Origin: an uncultured Thermotogae bacterium
Lineage (GTDB): Bacteria; Bipolaricaulota; Bipolaricaulia; RBG-16-55-9; DRXL01
Assembly (NCBI GenBank): GCA_964473325.1
Contig: CAYYOG010000001.1
Location: forward strand, 52,618 to 116,617
Length of the DNA stretch: 64,000 bases
Direction of reading: 5' to 3'
Below, piece by piece: positions 40,731 through 49,783 of this stretch (position 1 is its first letter; every line of letters starts with the position of its first letter). Position numbers and translations under genes: made by a program. The notes below the pieces were generated by a model. It made no database searches and had not been told where the DNA came from. It saw nothing but the letters and a program-made list of their open reading frames with translations.

Positions 40731-41408
40731 ATGAGAAGTCTCAAGGTCGTCCTTATCGGATTGATGGTGCTCAGCGTGGGGCTCCTAGCGTTAGCAGATG
40801 GGCAGCCGAAACAGCCCTCCACCCCCAAGCCCGCAACGTCCAAGTCCACACCCCAACGCGGGTCGATCTTCGTCGACGTGCCAGCAGGTCACTATGCTGC
40901 GAGTGATCTGAAGTTCTTGGTCGAGCGCGGCATCATCACCGGGCTGCCCAACGGTGAATTTCAGGGCGGCAAGGCCCTCACCCGCTACGATGCCGCTGTG
41001 CTCATCGCACGGGCATTGCGCTATATGCAAAACGACCCGGAGAAGATCCAGCCGGCAGATCTGAAGATCTTACAAGACTTGATCTTCAAGCTCTCTGAGC
41101 GCGTCCAAGCGCTAGACAAAGTAGAGCAGGACGTCGCGGCACTCAAGAGCCGGCCCAGCACCGACACCAGCGCTGACGTCAGGGCTCTGAGAGAGAAGCT
41201 CAATCAAAGCGACGCGCAGATCGCGTCGTTGCAGACGCAAGTGCAGACGCTCAAAGCCGAGCTACAACAAGCACGGGCGGCTTCCTCTGGGGGCGTCGTT
41301 CCCGAAGAGGTCGAAAAGCTGCAACGGCAGATGAATAATGCGCTGCTCATTACGGGGTTTGCTGTTTTTGCCGGTGTCGTCGCAGTCATCGTGGCCCTCT
41401 TAACCTAA
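40731..41408 (+). CDS. SLH-domain / coiled-coil / C-terminal-TM envelope anchor protein (Ompα-like)
   Basis: Signal peptide. SLH motif (HYAASDLKFLVERGIITGLPNGEFQGGKALTRYDAAVLIARAL). ~90 residues of heptad-rich coiled coil. C-terminal hydrophobic helix LLITGFAVFAGVVAVIVALLT. Confidence 0.6.
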   Translation: MRSLKVVLIGLMVLSVGLLALADGQPKQPSTPKPATSKSTPQRGSIFVDVPAGHYAASDLKFLVERGIITGLPNGEFQGGKALTRYDAAVLIARALRYMQNDPEKIQPADLKILQDLIFKLSERVQALDKVEQDVAALKSRPSTDTSADVRALREKLNQSDAQIASLQTQVQTLKAELQQARAASSGGVVPEEVEKLQRQMNNALLITGFAVFAGVVAVIVALLT

Positions 41409-41419
41409 AGGGGGGGGTC

Positions 41420-41449
41420 TTGACAACAAGGGTGAGGGTATGCTATAAT
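41420..41449 (+). promoter_or_regulatory. perfect-consensus promoter TTGACA-N18-TATAAT for the three-paralog operon
   Basis: TTGACA at 41420-41425 and TATAAT at 41444-41449. The spacer GGGTGAGGG resembles a repeat arm. A ~130-nt leader follows. Confidence 0.55.
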
Positions 41450-41583
41450 ACAGCCGCTTAAAAAACGACCCTCATAAGGAGGTGATCGCCAGACTGGGGG
41501 AACACCGCCAAAAACACACCAACTGCAGAGTCGTGCGTTCGTGCGTACGCCACAAAACCGAGTAAAAAAGGAGGTTTCTGTAC

Positions 41584-43122
41584 ATGTTTAGAAGATTACT
41601 CGCTCTGACCTGTGCGCTCGCCTTTGTTGGAGCGCTGGCGTGGGGAGCGAACGCTGCTCCAATCAGCGGAAGCTTCGGCATCGACATCGTCTTCTATCCT
41701 CAGGGTCCTGTCATCAACAAGGTCGACCTCATCGACATGAAGTTTGAGGCCGATCTGATTCTCACTCTCTCAATCAGCGGCTTGGAAATCACCAGCACCA
41801 CGGTCTTCACCTTCCTTGGCGCTGAGTTCCAATCGTTCGTGATCAGCGCCACGCTGGGTGCTCTGACCATTAAAGACACGATCATCTTCTCCCCGACGTT
41901 CTTCGAGTTCGAGGAGACGCGTGATCAATATGGTCGCAAGCGCTGGTGCTTGCAACTCTCACTGCCGGCATTCCCAGCGACTCATACGTCAAGGTGCCAA
42001 TTCCCAGCTGTCATCAGCGGCTACATTGCTGATCCGGTCTTTGGGAATGTCGAGTTCTATTCGATCTTCCGCGGGCTCTTGCATCCGCTCGTCCAGAACT
42101 TAGTGCTGGCGCGCTGGCTCGATCCGACGAATGCGTTGAACAACATCATTCGGTTCCGCAAGAAGATCGCCGATCTGAGCCTCAACATCGCCGGGATGGT
42201 CCTCAACGTCAAGGCGCTCTTCGCTAACGTCAGCCCCAGCCCGACCGGCTACTTGCTGCGCAGCGGCTTGGTCCTGGCGATGGAGGGCAAGACCGTGAGC
42301 GGCGTGGGCGTGCGCGGCGAGCTGTGGCTGGGCGCCAAGCAGGGTCTGGAGTGCTTCGGCGAGTGCAAACCGATTGAGCGCTTCTTCAACCAGATGCTCA
42401 CCGGCGATGGGTTCAATAACGTAGAGGAAGAGAAGATCTTCCTGAACAACCTCGTGATCGCCGGGGTGCGCCATGACTTCTACGCCGAGTTCCACTTCGA
42501 TTTCACGCAGTGCCACATCGACCAGGTCGATGAGGACAACGACGGCTGGTTCTACCCCTATGACACAACGGGCGATGCGATGACCATCATCAGCCCGCTG
42601 TGCTTCATGTCGTTGACCCAGACGTACACCTTCACGCCGTGGAGGCTCAGCGTCCAGTCGATCTGGAACTGGAACGGCAACTTCGACCTGATCAGCAACA
42701 CCACAAGCACCCAGATGAAGGCCGGCGACATATCCGTGTTGGCGTACTTCGTCTGGCGCAACAACGGCCAGTGGTCCTTCGGTGGGCCAGCCCTGAGCGA
42801 GTTCATCATGACGTTCGATCCGCCTGGGCTGCAGGTGACGAGCGACATCACCTTCTGCACCGACCCGGTCTACTGCTTGGCTGCCTGGGGTGGTGGCCCC
42901 AACATACCGCCCGTGATTGCTCACTACCTGAGCATCAGCGGCACGGTCGGCCCGGTGAGCGTCGCCGCGTTGTTGATCTTCAATGGCGGCATTTTGGGCG
43001 AGTTCGCCGAGTTTGACGTGGAAATCGGTTTCGCGTTCGAGCCGGTCGCCGTGACCTTCTCTGCGATCCTGTTGGCCGATATGCTTGGTGGCATCGCTGT
43101 CAGCATGAACACCAAGTTCTAA
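41584..43122 (+). CDS. secreted putative outer-membrane beta-barrel protein, paralog 1 (Ompβ-like, uncharacterised family)
   Basis: AAAAAGGAGGTT RBS. Signal peptide MFRRLLALTCALAFVGALAWGANA. Alternating hydrophobic strands. Invariant LECFGECKP motif. Ends ...MNTKF (terminal Phe). Confidence 0.55.
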   Translation: MFRRLLALTCALAFVGALAWGANAAPISGSFGIDIVFYPQGPVINKVDLIDMKFEADLILTLSISGLEITSTTVFTFLGAEFQSFVISATLGALTIKDTIIFSPTFFEFEETRDQYGRKRWCLQLSLPAFPATHTSRCQFPAVISGYIADPVFGNVEFYSIFRGLLHPLVQNLVLARWLDPTNALNNIIRFRKKIADLSLNIAGMVLNVKALFANVSPSPTGYLLRSGLVLAMEGKTVSGVGVRGELWLGAKQGLECFGECKPIERFFNQMLTGDGFNNVEEEKIFLNNLVIAGVRHDFYAEFHFDFTQCHIDQVDEDNDGWFYPYDTTGDAMTIISPLCFMSLTQTYTFTPWRLSVQSIWNWNGNFDLISNTTSTQMKAGDISVLAYFVWRNNGQWSFGGPALSEFIMTFDPPGLQVTSDITFCTDPVYCLAAWGGGPNIPPVIAHYLSISGTVGPVSVAALLIFNGGILGEFAEFDVEIGFAFEPVAVTFSAILLADMLGGIAVSMNTKF

Positions 43123-43161
43123 CGGGCGAGCGTGTAAAACCAGAAAAAGGAGGTTCAGTCA

Positions 43162-44832
43162 ATGTTTAGAAGAATCACAGTTCTGGCCTGTGCAGTGGCG
43201 TTGCTGACTGGAGCCCTCTCTTGGACAGCAGCGGCGGCCCCGATCACGGGCAGTTTCAGCTTCGACATCGTCTTCTACCCGGAGCAGGCATGCACCGTTG
43301 ATCTTACTACTGGGGAAATCATCTGCGAAGATCCGATCAACAAGATTGACCGGATCCTGGTCAAGTTCGAGGCCGATCTGTTGCTGACGATGTCGATCAG
43401 CGGGCTCGAGATGACCAGCAGCACGTCGTTCACATTCAAGGGCATTGAGACCCAGCTCTTCTGGGTCAAGGCGACCGCGGGCGCGATGGTCTTCGAGACC
43501 GCGATGGTCTTCGCTCCCAACATCATGGAGTTCGAGGAAGTCCGCTCCGGCGCTGGCACCCGCTACTATTGTCTCAACCGCTCCGCGCCCGATAACTACG
43601 GCGTGTCATATCTGAATAGCTGCGCCTATGGCTCGAGCGCGGGCATCCTTGACCCGGTCTTCGGCTATTACACCTTTGGCGACATGCTCATCCTGGGTGG
43701 TGTGCATCCAGGGCTTGCGAACGTGATCGTTGGCCGCTGGGCCGACGGCCAGTTTGACGCTTGGCACACCCCCACGCCGAATGTGCCCGGCTCGATGCTC
43801 GATCAGCCGCTGACCTTCCGCAAGAAGGCCGCGGAAGTGACGCTCTCGATCGCCGGGTTGACGCTGGGCCTGCGCGGGCTGTTCGCCAACTTCGGCACGC
43901 CCGATGCGCCGAGCTTCACCGTTGGCACGGTGCTCGTCCTTGAGGGCACGACGGTCAGCGGCATCAAGGTGCGCAGCGAGACCTGGGTCGGCGCACGGCA
44001 GGGCTTCGAGTGCTTCGGCGAGTGCAAGCCCAACCAGCGCCTGGGCACTCAGGGCGGCTTCATCTTCGTGCCCTATCCGGCCACCGGCGGCATCGTCGTC
44101 CCTGGCTTCATGCCTGAAGAGGAGAAGCTCTATATCACCGGGCTGAAGCTGGCGGGCCTCACGCACGCCATCGTAGTGGAGATGCAGCTTGCCGGCGCTG
44201 GCGCCAGCTCGCTCCAGCCGACCTTCGTGGCGATCCAGACGTCCACGCCGCGCATCACCCCGCTGGGGATCACCGTGACGAACATCGTGCGGTTTACCGC
44301 AGGCTTGACGTTCGTGCGCGATCAGATCTGGTTCAGCGCCTCCTTCGGCGAGGCCGCGGGCTTCATCCGCTGGGACTTCCGCCCGGCCGCCCTCGGCGCG
44401 ATGGAGGCTCTGTTCAGGCAGTTCTATGCGGAGTTCGACGCGCCGGGCGCTAAGGCCTCGATCATGTTACTCACCTGCGATCCCAATGAGTACGGCGGCG
44501 TCCCTGGACGGTGCTACTGGGGCAACTACCTAGGCCTCGGTACGCCTAACCCGTTCCTCGATGTTTACTACGACCTGCTCTTCGAGGTCGGGGACCTGAC
44601 CGTGTACGTCTACGCGGAAATGATCGGGAGCCTGCTGAAGGACCTGTACGCCGCCGGGATTCAGGCCGAGTGGACGATCGGGCCGGTGACCATTGCCAGC
44701 CACACGGAGTTCCGCAACCTCCAGGCGGAGCGAAACTCGTGGAACCTTGGGTCTGGGTTCGGCGTTGATGCCTTCGACGGCACCAGGATCGAGCTGGCAA
44801 TCCAGCAGTTCACCGTTGAGATCAAGTTCTAA
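43162..44832 (+). CDS. secreted putative outer-membrane beta-barrel protein, paralog 2
   Basis: Same RBS and signal peptide (MFRRITVLACAVALL). FECFGECKP motif. Extra Cys-pair insertion (CTVDLTTGEIIC). Ends ...EIKF. Confidence 0.55.
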   Translation: MFRRITVLACAVALLTGALSWTAAAAPITGSFSFDIVFYPEQACTVDLTTGEIICEDPINKIDRILVKFEADLLLTMSISGLEMTSSTSFTFKGIETQLFWVKATAGAMVFETAMVFAPNIMEFEEVRSGAGTRYYCLNRSAPDNYGVSYLNSCAYGSSAGILDPVFGYYTFGDMLILGGVHPGLANVIVGRWADGQFDAWHTPTPNVPGSMLDQPLTFRKKAAEVTLSIAGLTLGLRGLFANFGTPDAPSFTVGTVLVLEGTTVSGIKVRSETWVGARQGFECFGECKPNQRLGTQGGFIFVPYPATGGIVVPGFMPEEEKLYITGLKLAGLTHAIVVEMQLAGAGASSLQPTFVAIQTSTPRITPLGITVTNIVRFTAGLTFVRDQIWFSASFGEAAGFIRWDFRPAALGAMEALFRQFYAEFDAPGAKASIMLLTCDPNEYGGVPGRCYWGNYLGLGTPNPFLDVYYDLLFEVGDLTVYVYAEMIGSLLKDLYAAGIQAEWTIGPVTIASHTEFRNLQAERNSWNLGSGFGVDAFDGTRIELAIQQFTVEIKF

Positions 44833-44874
44833 GGTGAGCACGTGAGAAAAACCGAGAAAAAGGAGGTTCTGTCA

Positions 44875-46332
44875 ATGTTTAGAAGACTCATGGTAATCCT
44901 GGCGGCCCTGGCTGTAACCGCAGCGGGCTGGAGCCTTCCCGCCCACGCCGCTCCGGTCAGTGGCTCCGCAACGTTAGATATCGTCTTCACCCCTGCGCTT
45001 TATTACGCGACGACCGGTACGAAGATCGACAAGATCCGCGTCAAGCTGGAGATGGACCTGATCCTGACCCTCTCCATCAGTGGCGTGGACATCACCAGCC
45101 AGTCGGTCTTCACCTTCCGCGGGCTGGAGTATCAATCGTTCGTCTTCACCGGGACGATCGGCGCTCTGGTGGTGCGCTCGCAGTTCATCTTCGCGCCCAA
45201 CATTCTTGAGATCCGCGCGGTGCGCGACGACCTTGGACTGCCAGCGTATTGTGTAGCGCTGGCCAATCCGACCATAGTGTCACCGACTCCGCCGGTTCTT
45301 CCTTTCAATTGGAATTGTGGCACGCCGGTGGACGCGGGCGAGCACACGCTCTACCTGTGGATCGAGGGCGCCGATCTGTACCTGACCACCGTCATGTACC
45401 TGCACCCGGCGCTGCGCAACTGGCTCCTGGCCACCTATATGGAGCTGCAGGCCACTGATCCACTCGGCCAGCCGCTGAGCTTCCGCAAGAAGACCGTGGA
45501 CTTGGCCCTGTCCTTGGCAGGGTTGACCATCGGCCTGCGCGGCATGTTCGGCAACGTTGGCTCGGTGACAACCCCCAGCTGGCGCATGGGCATTGTGGCC
45601 AGCGTCGAGGGCCAGACGGTCAGCGGCATCACCATCCGCGGCGAGAGCTGGCTCGGCGCGCGCCAGGGCTTGCAGTGCTTCGCCGAGTGTAAGCCCCTGG
45701 AGATCGTGCGCGGCGGCATGCTCCCCGATGCCCCGTTCACCTTCTACGAGGAGAAGCTCTTCATCCGCAACCTCAAGCTCGCCGGGGTCACATGGGATGC
45801 CCGCTTGGAGTTTGAGTTCGCCGAGGCCCCCGCAGGGCTGCGCTTCGTCGAGCTGACCCAGAGATTCCGGCTCGATCCGTTCCGGCTCGAGGTCACTAAC
45901 ACCCTCAATATCGTCGGGGCCAATCTCACGCTGGCTTCGGACGTCTTCGTGACGAGCTTGAAGGTCGGCGATATCGCGATGACCGTGGTCGGCTACATCT
46001 GGCCGGCGATCACCGGCGCGTTCAATCTGTATTGGAGCCGGGTGATCTCGGTCTTCGATCCGCCGGGCATGAAGGTCATCAGCGACATCCAGTTCTGCAA
46101 TGAGGAGCTCTACTGCACTAGCGCGCTCTTCTTCCATGACCTCGTGCTCATGGGGACCGTCGGCGACATGACGATCAACATCGGCATCCGCCTGTCGAGC
46201 ATCCTCACCGGCTTCGTTGGTGCGACCATCGAGATGAGCTGGAAGATGGGCAGCGCCCTGCTCAAGAGCGCCACGCTCCTGACCACCGACAGGCTCCAGG
46301 CCCAGATGTTCTCCATCACCTTCACGTTCTAG
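44875..46332 (+). CDS. secreted putative outer-membrane beta-barrel protein, paralog 3
   Basis: Start refined to MFRRLMVILAALAV, which sits after an RBS identical to the other two. LQCFAECKP motif. Ends ...ITFTF. Confidence 0.55.
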   Translation: MFRRLMVILAALAVTAAGWSLPAHAAPVSGSATLDIVFTPALYYATTGTKIDKIRVKLEMDLILTLSISGVDITSQSVFTFRGLEYQSFVFTGTIGALVVRSQFIFAPNILEIRAVRDDLGLPAYCVALANPTIVSPTPPVLPFNWNCGTPVDAGEHTLYLWIEGADLYLTTVMYLHPALRNWLLATYMELQATDPLGQPLSFRKKTVDLALSLAGLTIGLRGMFGNVGSVTTPSWRMGIVASVEGQTVSGITIRGESWLGARQGLQCFAECKPLEIVRGGMLPDAPFTFYEEKLFIRNLKLAGVTWDARLEFEFAEAPAGLRFVELTQRFRLDPFRLEVTNTLNIVGANLTLASDVFVTSLKVGDIAMTVVGYIWPAITGAFNLYWSRVISVFDPPGMKVISDIQFCNEELYCTSALFFHDLVLMGTVGDMTINIGIRLSSILTGFVGATIEMSWKMGSALLKSATLLTTDRLQAQMFSITFTF

Positions 46333-46351
46333 TGAAGGGTTCGGACGAGTT

Positions 46352-46396
46352 GGCCCGGCCCTGGGGGGATACCCCCGGGGCCGGTTCGTTTTTCTG
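46352..46396 (+). terminator. rho-independent terminator ending the three-paralog operon
   Basis: 13-bp GC stem (GGCCCGGCCCUGGGGG / CCCCCGGGGCCGG), 4-nt loop, then TTCGTTTTTCT. Confidence 0.7.
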
Positions 46397-46476
46397 AGTG
46401 CTTTGAATCACTGAGGGCAAACTTGACGGAGCACTCACACCAGAGTAGCATATATCTACATAAAGGAGGAATCACC

Positions 46477-47031
46477 ATGCGGCGCATACTGTTAGCCCTG
46501 CTGGTCGGTCTCGTCGTGGTCTTTCTCAGCGTCCAGGCCCAGACCATCTCAACTCATGAGATCGTCAAAGTGCTCTCGGCCCAAGGCGACGTGACGTCTT
46601 CGGATCTACAAGCGGCCCTCGGCCAATGGCAGCTCGAACTCTTCAATCTCCCTCATAAGACCGACTTCTTTCAAGCTCAGTATATCGTAGATGCCGACGA
46701 GAACGGGAAATTCGAGATCGGCGTTGACCCGGTCTACACGATCATGGGGTATCCGCGTCTGGCTACCGCCCGAACGACGGTCTTTTGTAACGTTCCGATG
46801 CCCTTCGTTGAGATCCGTATCCATGTCTTAGCTGATTTTGAAGTCGCACTCAACGGGCAAGCCCAGGGCATAAAGCAGTTTGGCACGATCCTCTTTCTGT
46901 CGACGGGAGACGTGCGCGGCCCATGGATCATGGTGCTCTCCGTCGACCTAGATAACGACGGGACTTCGGAGGGCGTGATGGGGATCTCGACACGATTCGC
47001 GGTGCCGATCATTCCCCCGCAGTGTCCATGA
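46477..47031 (+). CDS. small secreted hypothetical protein
   Basis: AAGGAGG RBS. Signal peptide MRRILLALLVGLVVVFLSVQAQT. ~184 aa with no recognisable family. Immediately downstream of the envelope operon. Confidence 0.45.
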   Translation: MRRILLALLVGLVVVFLSVQAQTISTHEIVKVLSAQGDVTSSDLQAALGQWQLELFNLPHKTDFFQAQYIVDADENGKFEIGVDPVYTIMGYPRLATARTTVFCNVPMPFVEIRIHVLADFEVALNGQAQGIKQFGTILFLSTGDVRGPWIMVLSVDLDNDGTSEGVMGISTRFAVPIIPPQCP

Positions 47032-47032
47032 T

Positions 47033-47644
47033 TCAAAACTTCGCGCTGCGACGGGTCTTGATCACCTCGTCGATCAAGCGATAGTTTTTGGCGTCCTCGG
47101 GGCTCATGAAGAAGTCCCTGTCAGTGTCACGCTCGATGCGTTCCAGGGGCTGACTTGTGTGTTCTGCTAGAATTCTATTGAGCTGATCGCGCATCTTGAG
47201 GATCTCTTCCGCGTGAATTTTAATATCAGCGGCCTGGCCCTGCACCCCGCCCCACGGCTGATGGATCATAATACGGGCATTGGGCAGGGAGAAGCGCTTG
47301 CCCTTCGTCCCCGCAGCTAAGAGCACCGCGCCCATAGAGAACGCCGATCCGACACAGATCGTGCGCACGTCGCTCCGCACATATTGCATCGTATCGTAGA
47401 TGGCCAACCCTGCTGTCGTGCTGCCCCCCGGTGTGTTGATATAGAGATTGATATCTTTCTCCGGGTCTTTCGACTCGAGAAAGAGCATCTGGGCCACGAC
47501 GAGATTGGCCACGTAATCATTGATAATCCCCTGCAAGAAGATGATGCGATCTTCTAACAAGCGCGAATAGATATCGTAGACGCGCTCATACTGGCCGGTG
47601 CGGTCGATCACGATGGGGATCGTAATCTGATCTTTTGAAGTCAT
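47033..47644 (-). CDS. clpP: ATP-dependent Clp protease proteolytic subunit
   Basis: Catalytic Ser and His motifs ([14 protein letters not shown] ... MIHQP). 203 aa. Confidence 0.9.
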   Translation of the reverse strand: MTSKDQITIPIVIDRTGQYERVYDIYSRLLEDRIIFLQGIINDYVANLVVAQMLFLESKDPEKDINLYINTPGGSTTAGLAIYDTMQYVRSDVRTICVGSAFSMGAVLLAAGTKGKRFSLPNARIMIHQPWGGVQGQAADIKIHAEEILKMRDQLNRILAEHTSQPLERIERDTDRDFFMSPEDAKNYRLIDEVIKTRRSAKF

Positions 47645-47653
47645 ACTAGCTCA

Positions 47654-48844
47654 CTACTCCTTAGGGTGAATTTTCGCCTTTTCGTAGAGAAATTGCAAGA
47701 CGCGCTCGTCTTCAGCATCGGAACGAAAGCTCTGTAATTGTCCTTCGCGCTCGAGGAGCGCCCGGAATTTGATGGGCTTCATCTCGCGCTTCTGGGCTTC
47801 TTCGGCTAAGAGTTTGTCGAAGTCCGCATCGCTCAGAGCCAAGCCCTCACGACGCTTGATCGCGTCTAAGACGAGTTCACGCTTCACCCGCTGCTCGATA
47901 GCTTCTCGGAGTCTTTTGACGTCCTCCGCTGATGGCTCTGGAAGCCCTCGCTGCTGCCAGCGCTCCAGCTCTTGCGCTACTAAGCTCTCCATGAAGCGCG
48001 ACGGCAACTCTATGAGCGTCTGCGCGATAATCTTGTCTAAGACCTTGAGCTTGAGCGTGCGCTCCCGTCGCTGCGCCCGGCTCTCTTCTAATTCTTGACG
48101 GATCTTCGCGCGCAACGCTGCGATGTCCTCATGCCCCAAAGTTTTCGCAAGCTCTTCTACATCGGGCTTCTCTAAGATCTTGACGCCCTCGATGCGCACC
48201 CGAAGCTGCTGCCCATCGTCAGCCTTCAGAAGCACAGTCTCGCCTACACTGTGCCCGATGAGCTGCCCTGTCAGCTCCCCAGGGGAGGCCTGCCACTCCC
48301 GGACTTCTTCTTCTTCGCCAGGGATCTTTATCTCGACAATGTCTCCCGCTTCGACGACGGAACTCTTCTCGCCCACCTTGGGGAGGAGCGCCGCGTGATC
48401 GACACGGAGACGCTCTACAACCGCGTCTATATCCGAATCTTGAACGGGCTCGACGGGCACGTCTTCTATCTCAATGTCCGTATAGTTCTGTACGGTAACT
48501 TCAGGAAGGACCTCAACTTCGGCCTCAAACGCGAAATCTTTTTGTGGGTCGAACTCCCCAGGCTTGGTCTGGGGAGGACTGACAGGCCGTATCTGTAACT
48601 GTTGCAATGCTTGAGGGAGATACTCTTCGATCAGCTCTGTCTGAGCGTCTTCGTTTAAGAAATCTTTTCCGAAGCGAGCTTCCAGCACAGCGCGCGGAAC
48701 GCGCCCCGGACGAAACCCCGGCAAGTGAATCTCGCGACTGGCACGCCGGAAGAGCTCGTCTATCTTTTGACTCACTCTCTCAGCAGGGATCTCCACGCGC
48801 ACGACAATTTGCGTTGGGCTTTTCGCTTCTTTCGTGGCTTTCAC
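47654..48844 (-). CDS. tig: trigger factor
   Basis: N-terminal ribosome-binding domain (GFRPGRVPRAVLEARFG), PPIase and C-terminal arm. Classic tig-clpP order. Confidence 0.8.
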   Translation of the reverse strand: MKATKEAKSPTQIVVRVEIPAERVSQKIDELFRRASREIHLPGFRPGRVPRAVLEARFGKDFLNEDAQTELIEEYLPQALQQLQIRPVSPPQTKPGEFDPQKDFAFEAEVEVLPEVTVQNYTDIEIEDVPVEPVQDSDIDAVVERLRVDHAALLPKVGEKSSVVEAGDIVEIKIPGEEEEVREWQASPGELTGQLIGHSVGETVLLKADDGQQLRVRIEGVKILEKPDVEELAKTLGHEDIAALRAKIRQELEESRAQRRERTLKLKVLDKIIAQTLIELPSRFMESLVAQELERWQQRGLPEPSAEDVKRLREAIEQRVKRELVLDAIKRREGLALSDADFDKLLAEEAQKREMKPIKFRALLEREGQLQSFRSDAEDERVLQFLYEKAKIHPKE

Positions 48845-48859
48845 GGCACTCCTTCCCCT

Positions 48860-49783
48860 TCAGCCGGATTTCAGCATCCAGCCTTGAGCGATCAATCGGG
48901 TTAATAAGAGATTCAACGGCGTCGGAATCCCTAATCTCTGCCCTTCGCGCACCACAGCTCCGTTGATATAGTCAATCTCCGTAGGGCGACCACGACGCAC
49001 ATCTTGGAGCATACTCGAGATATTCTGTGCTGTTTTACGTGCGACCGTCTCGACCCGCGCGACGGCCTCTTCTTCAGTAAGCATCACCCCATGTGCACGT
49101 GCGATGCGCAGCGTCTCATGCACCACAGCTTTGGCGACCTCGCGCAATTGCGGGTCATCAAGAATAACCCCATTAGGTTGATTGAAGAGCGCCGTCAAGG
49201 GGTTGATCGCACAGTTAATAATAATCTTCTCCCAAAGGAGGCGCTCGACCTCTTCAGAATATTCTGCTTCGATCTCAGCTTTGCCAAAGAGCGTGAGCAG
49301 CTCCTCGATCTCGGGTGTAGGTGGCCCGCTCCACCGACCGAGCTTCGTTGGGCCCACCCCGGCCCAGCGCACCCGCCCTGGAGCCACCAGCGTCGCCCCT
49401 TGGGAAGTCACCCCACGCAAAAATCTTTCGCCGGGAACGAATCTTAAAATCTCTTCTTCCATGCCAATGCCGTTCTGCAAGCTCAGCACCCACGAGCGCG
49501 GACTGAGCTTTGGCGCGATCTGCTCCATCGCGCGCGCCGTCTGATGCGCCTTGACGAAGATTCCCACAAGATCAGCATCAGCGAGAGCTTCTGGGGTTGT
49601 CGTCGCTGCGACGGCAACGCTGAGAGGAGCGCCCCCGCGCTCGATGACCAGCCCTGTACCCTGAATACATCGCACGTGCTCGACGTTTGAGGGATTATAC
49701 AGAGAGACTGTCGCGCCCGCGCGCGCCAGCAGCCCCCCAAAGAGGCTCCCCAACGCCCCCGCACCCACAATGACGATCTTCAT
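48860..49783 (-). CDS. panE: 2-dehydropantoate 2-reductase
   Basis: N-terminal Rossmann GAGALG motif and the ApbA/PanE C-terminal domain. Confidence 0.75.
   Translation of the reverse strand: MKIVIVGAGALGSLFGGLLARAGATVSLYNPSNVEHVRCIQGTGLVIERGGAPLSVAVAATTTPEALADADLVGIFVKAHQTARAMEQIAPKLSPRSWVLSLQNGIGMEEEILRFVPGERFLRGVTSQGATLVAPGRVRWAGVGPTKLGRWSGPPTPEIEELLTLFGKAEIEAEYSEEVERLLWEKIIINCAINPLTALFNQPNGVILDDPQLREVAKAVVHETLRIARAHGVMLTEEEAVARVETVARKTAQNISSMLQDVRRGRPTEIDYINGAVVREGQRLGIPTPLNLLLTRLIAQGWMLKSG

Noticed and set aside
42100-46137. Long antisense ORFs (42100-42924, 43606-44166, 45280-46137) inside the three paralog genes
   Set aside because: They are Arg/Ala/Gly/Pro-rich, typical GC-rich shadow ORFs, lack an RBS, and lie opposite well-supported genes.
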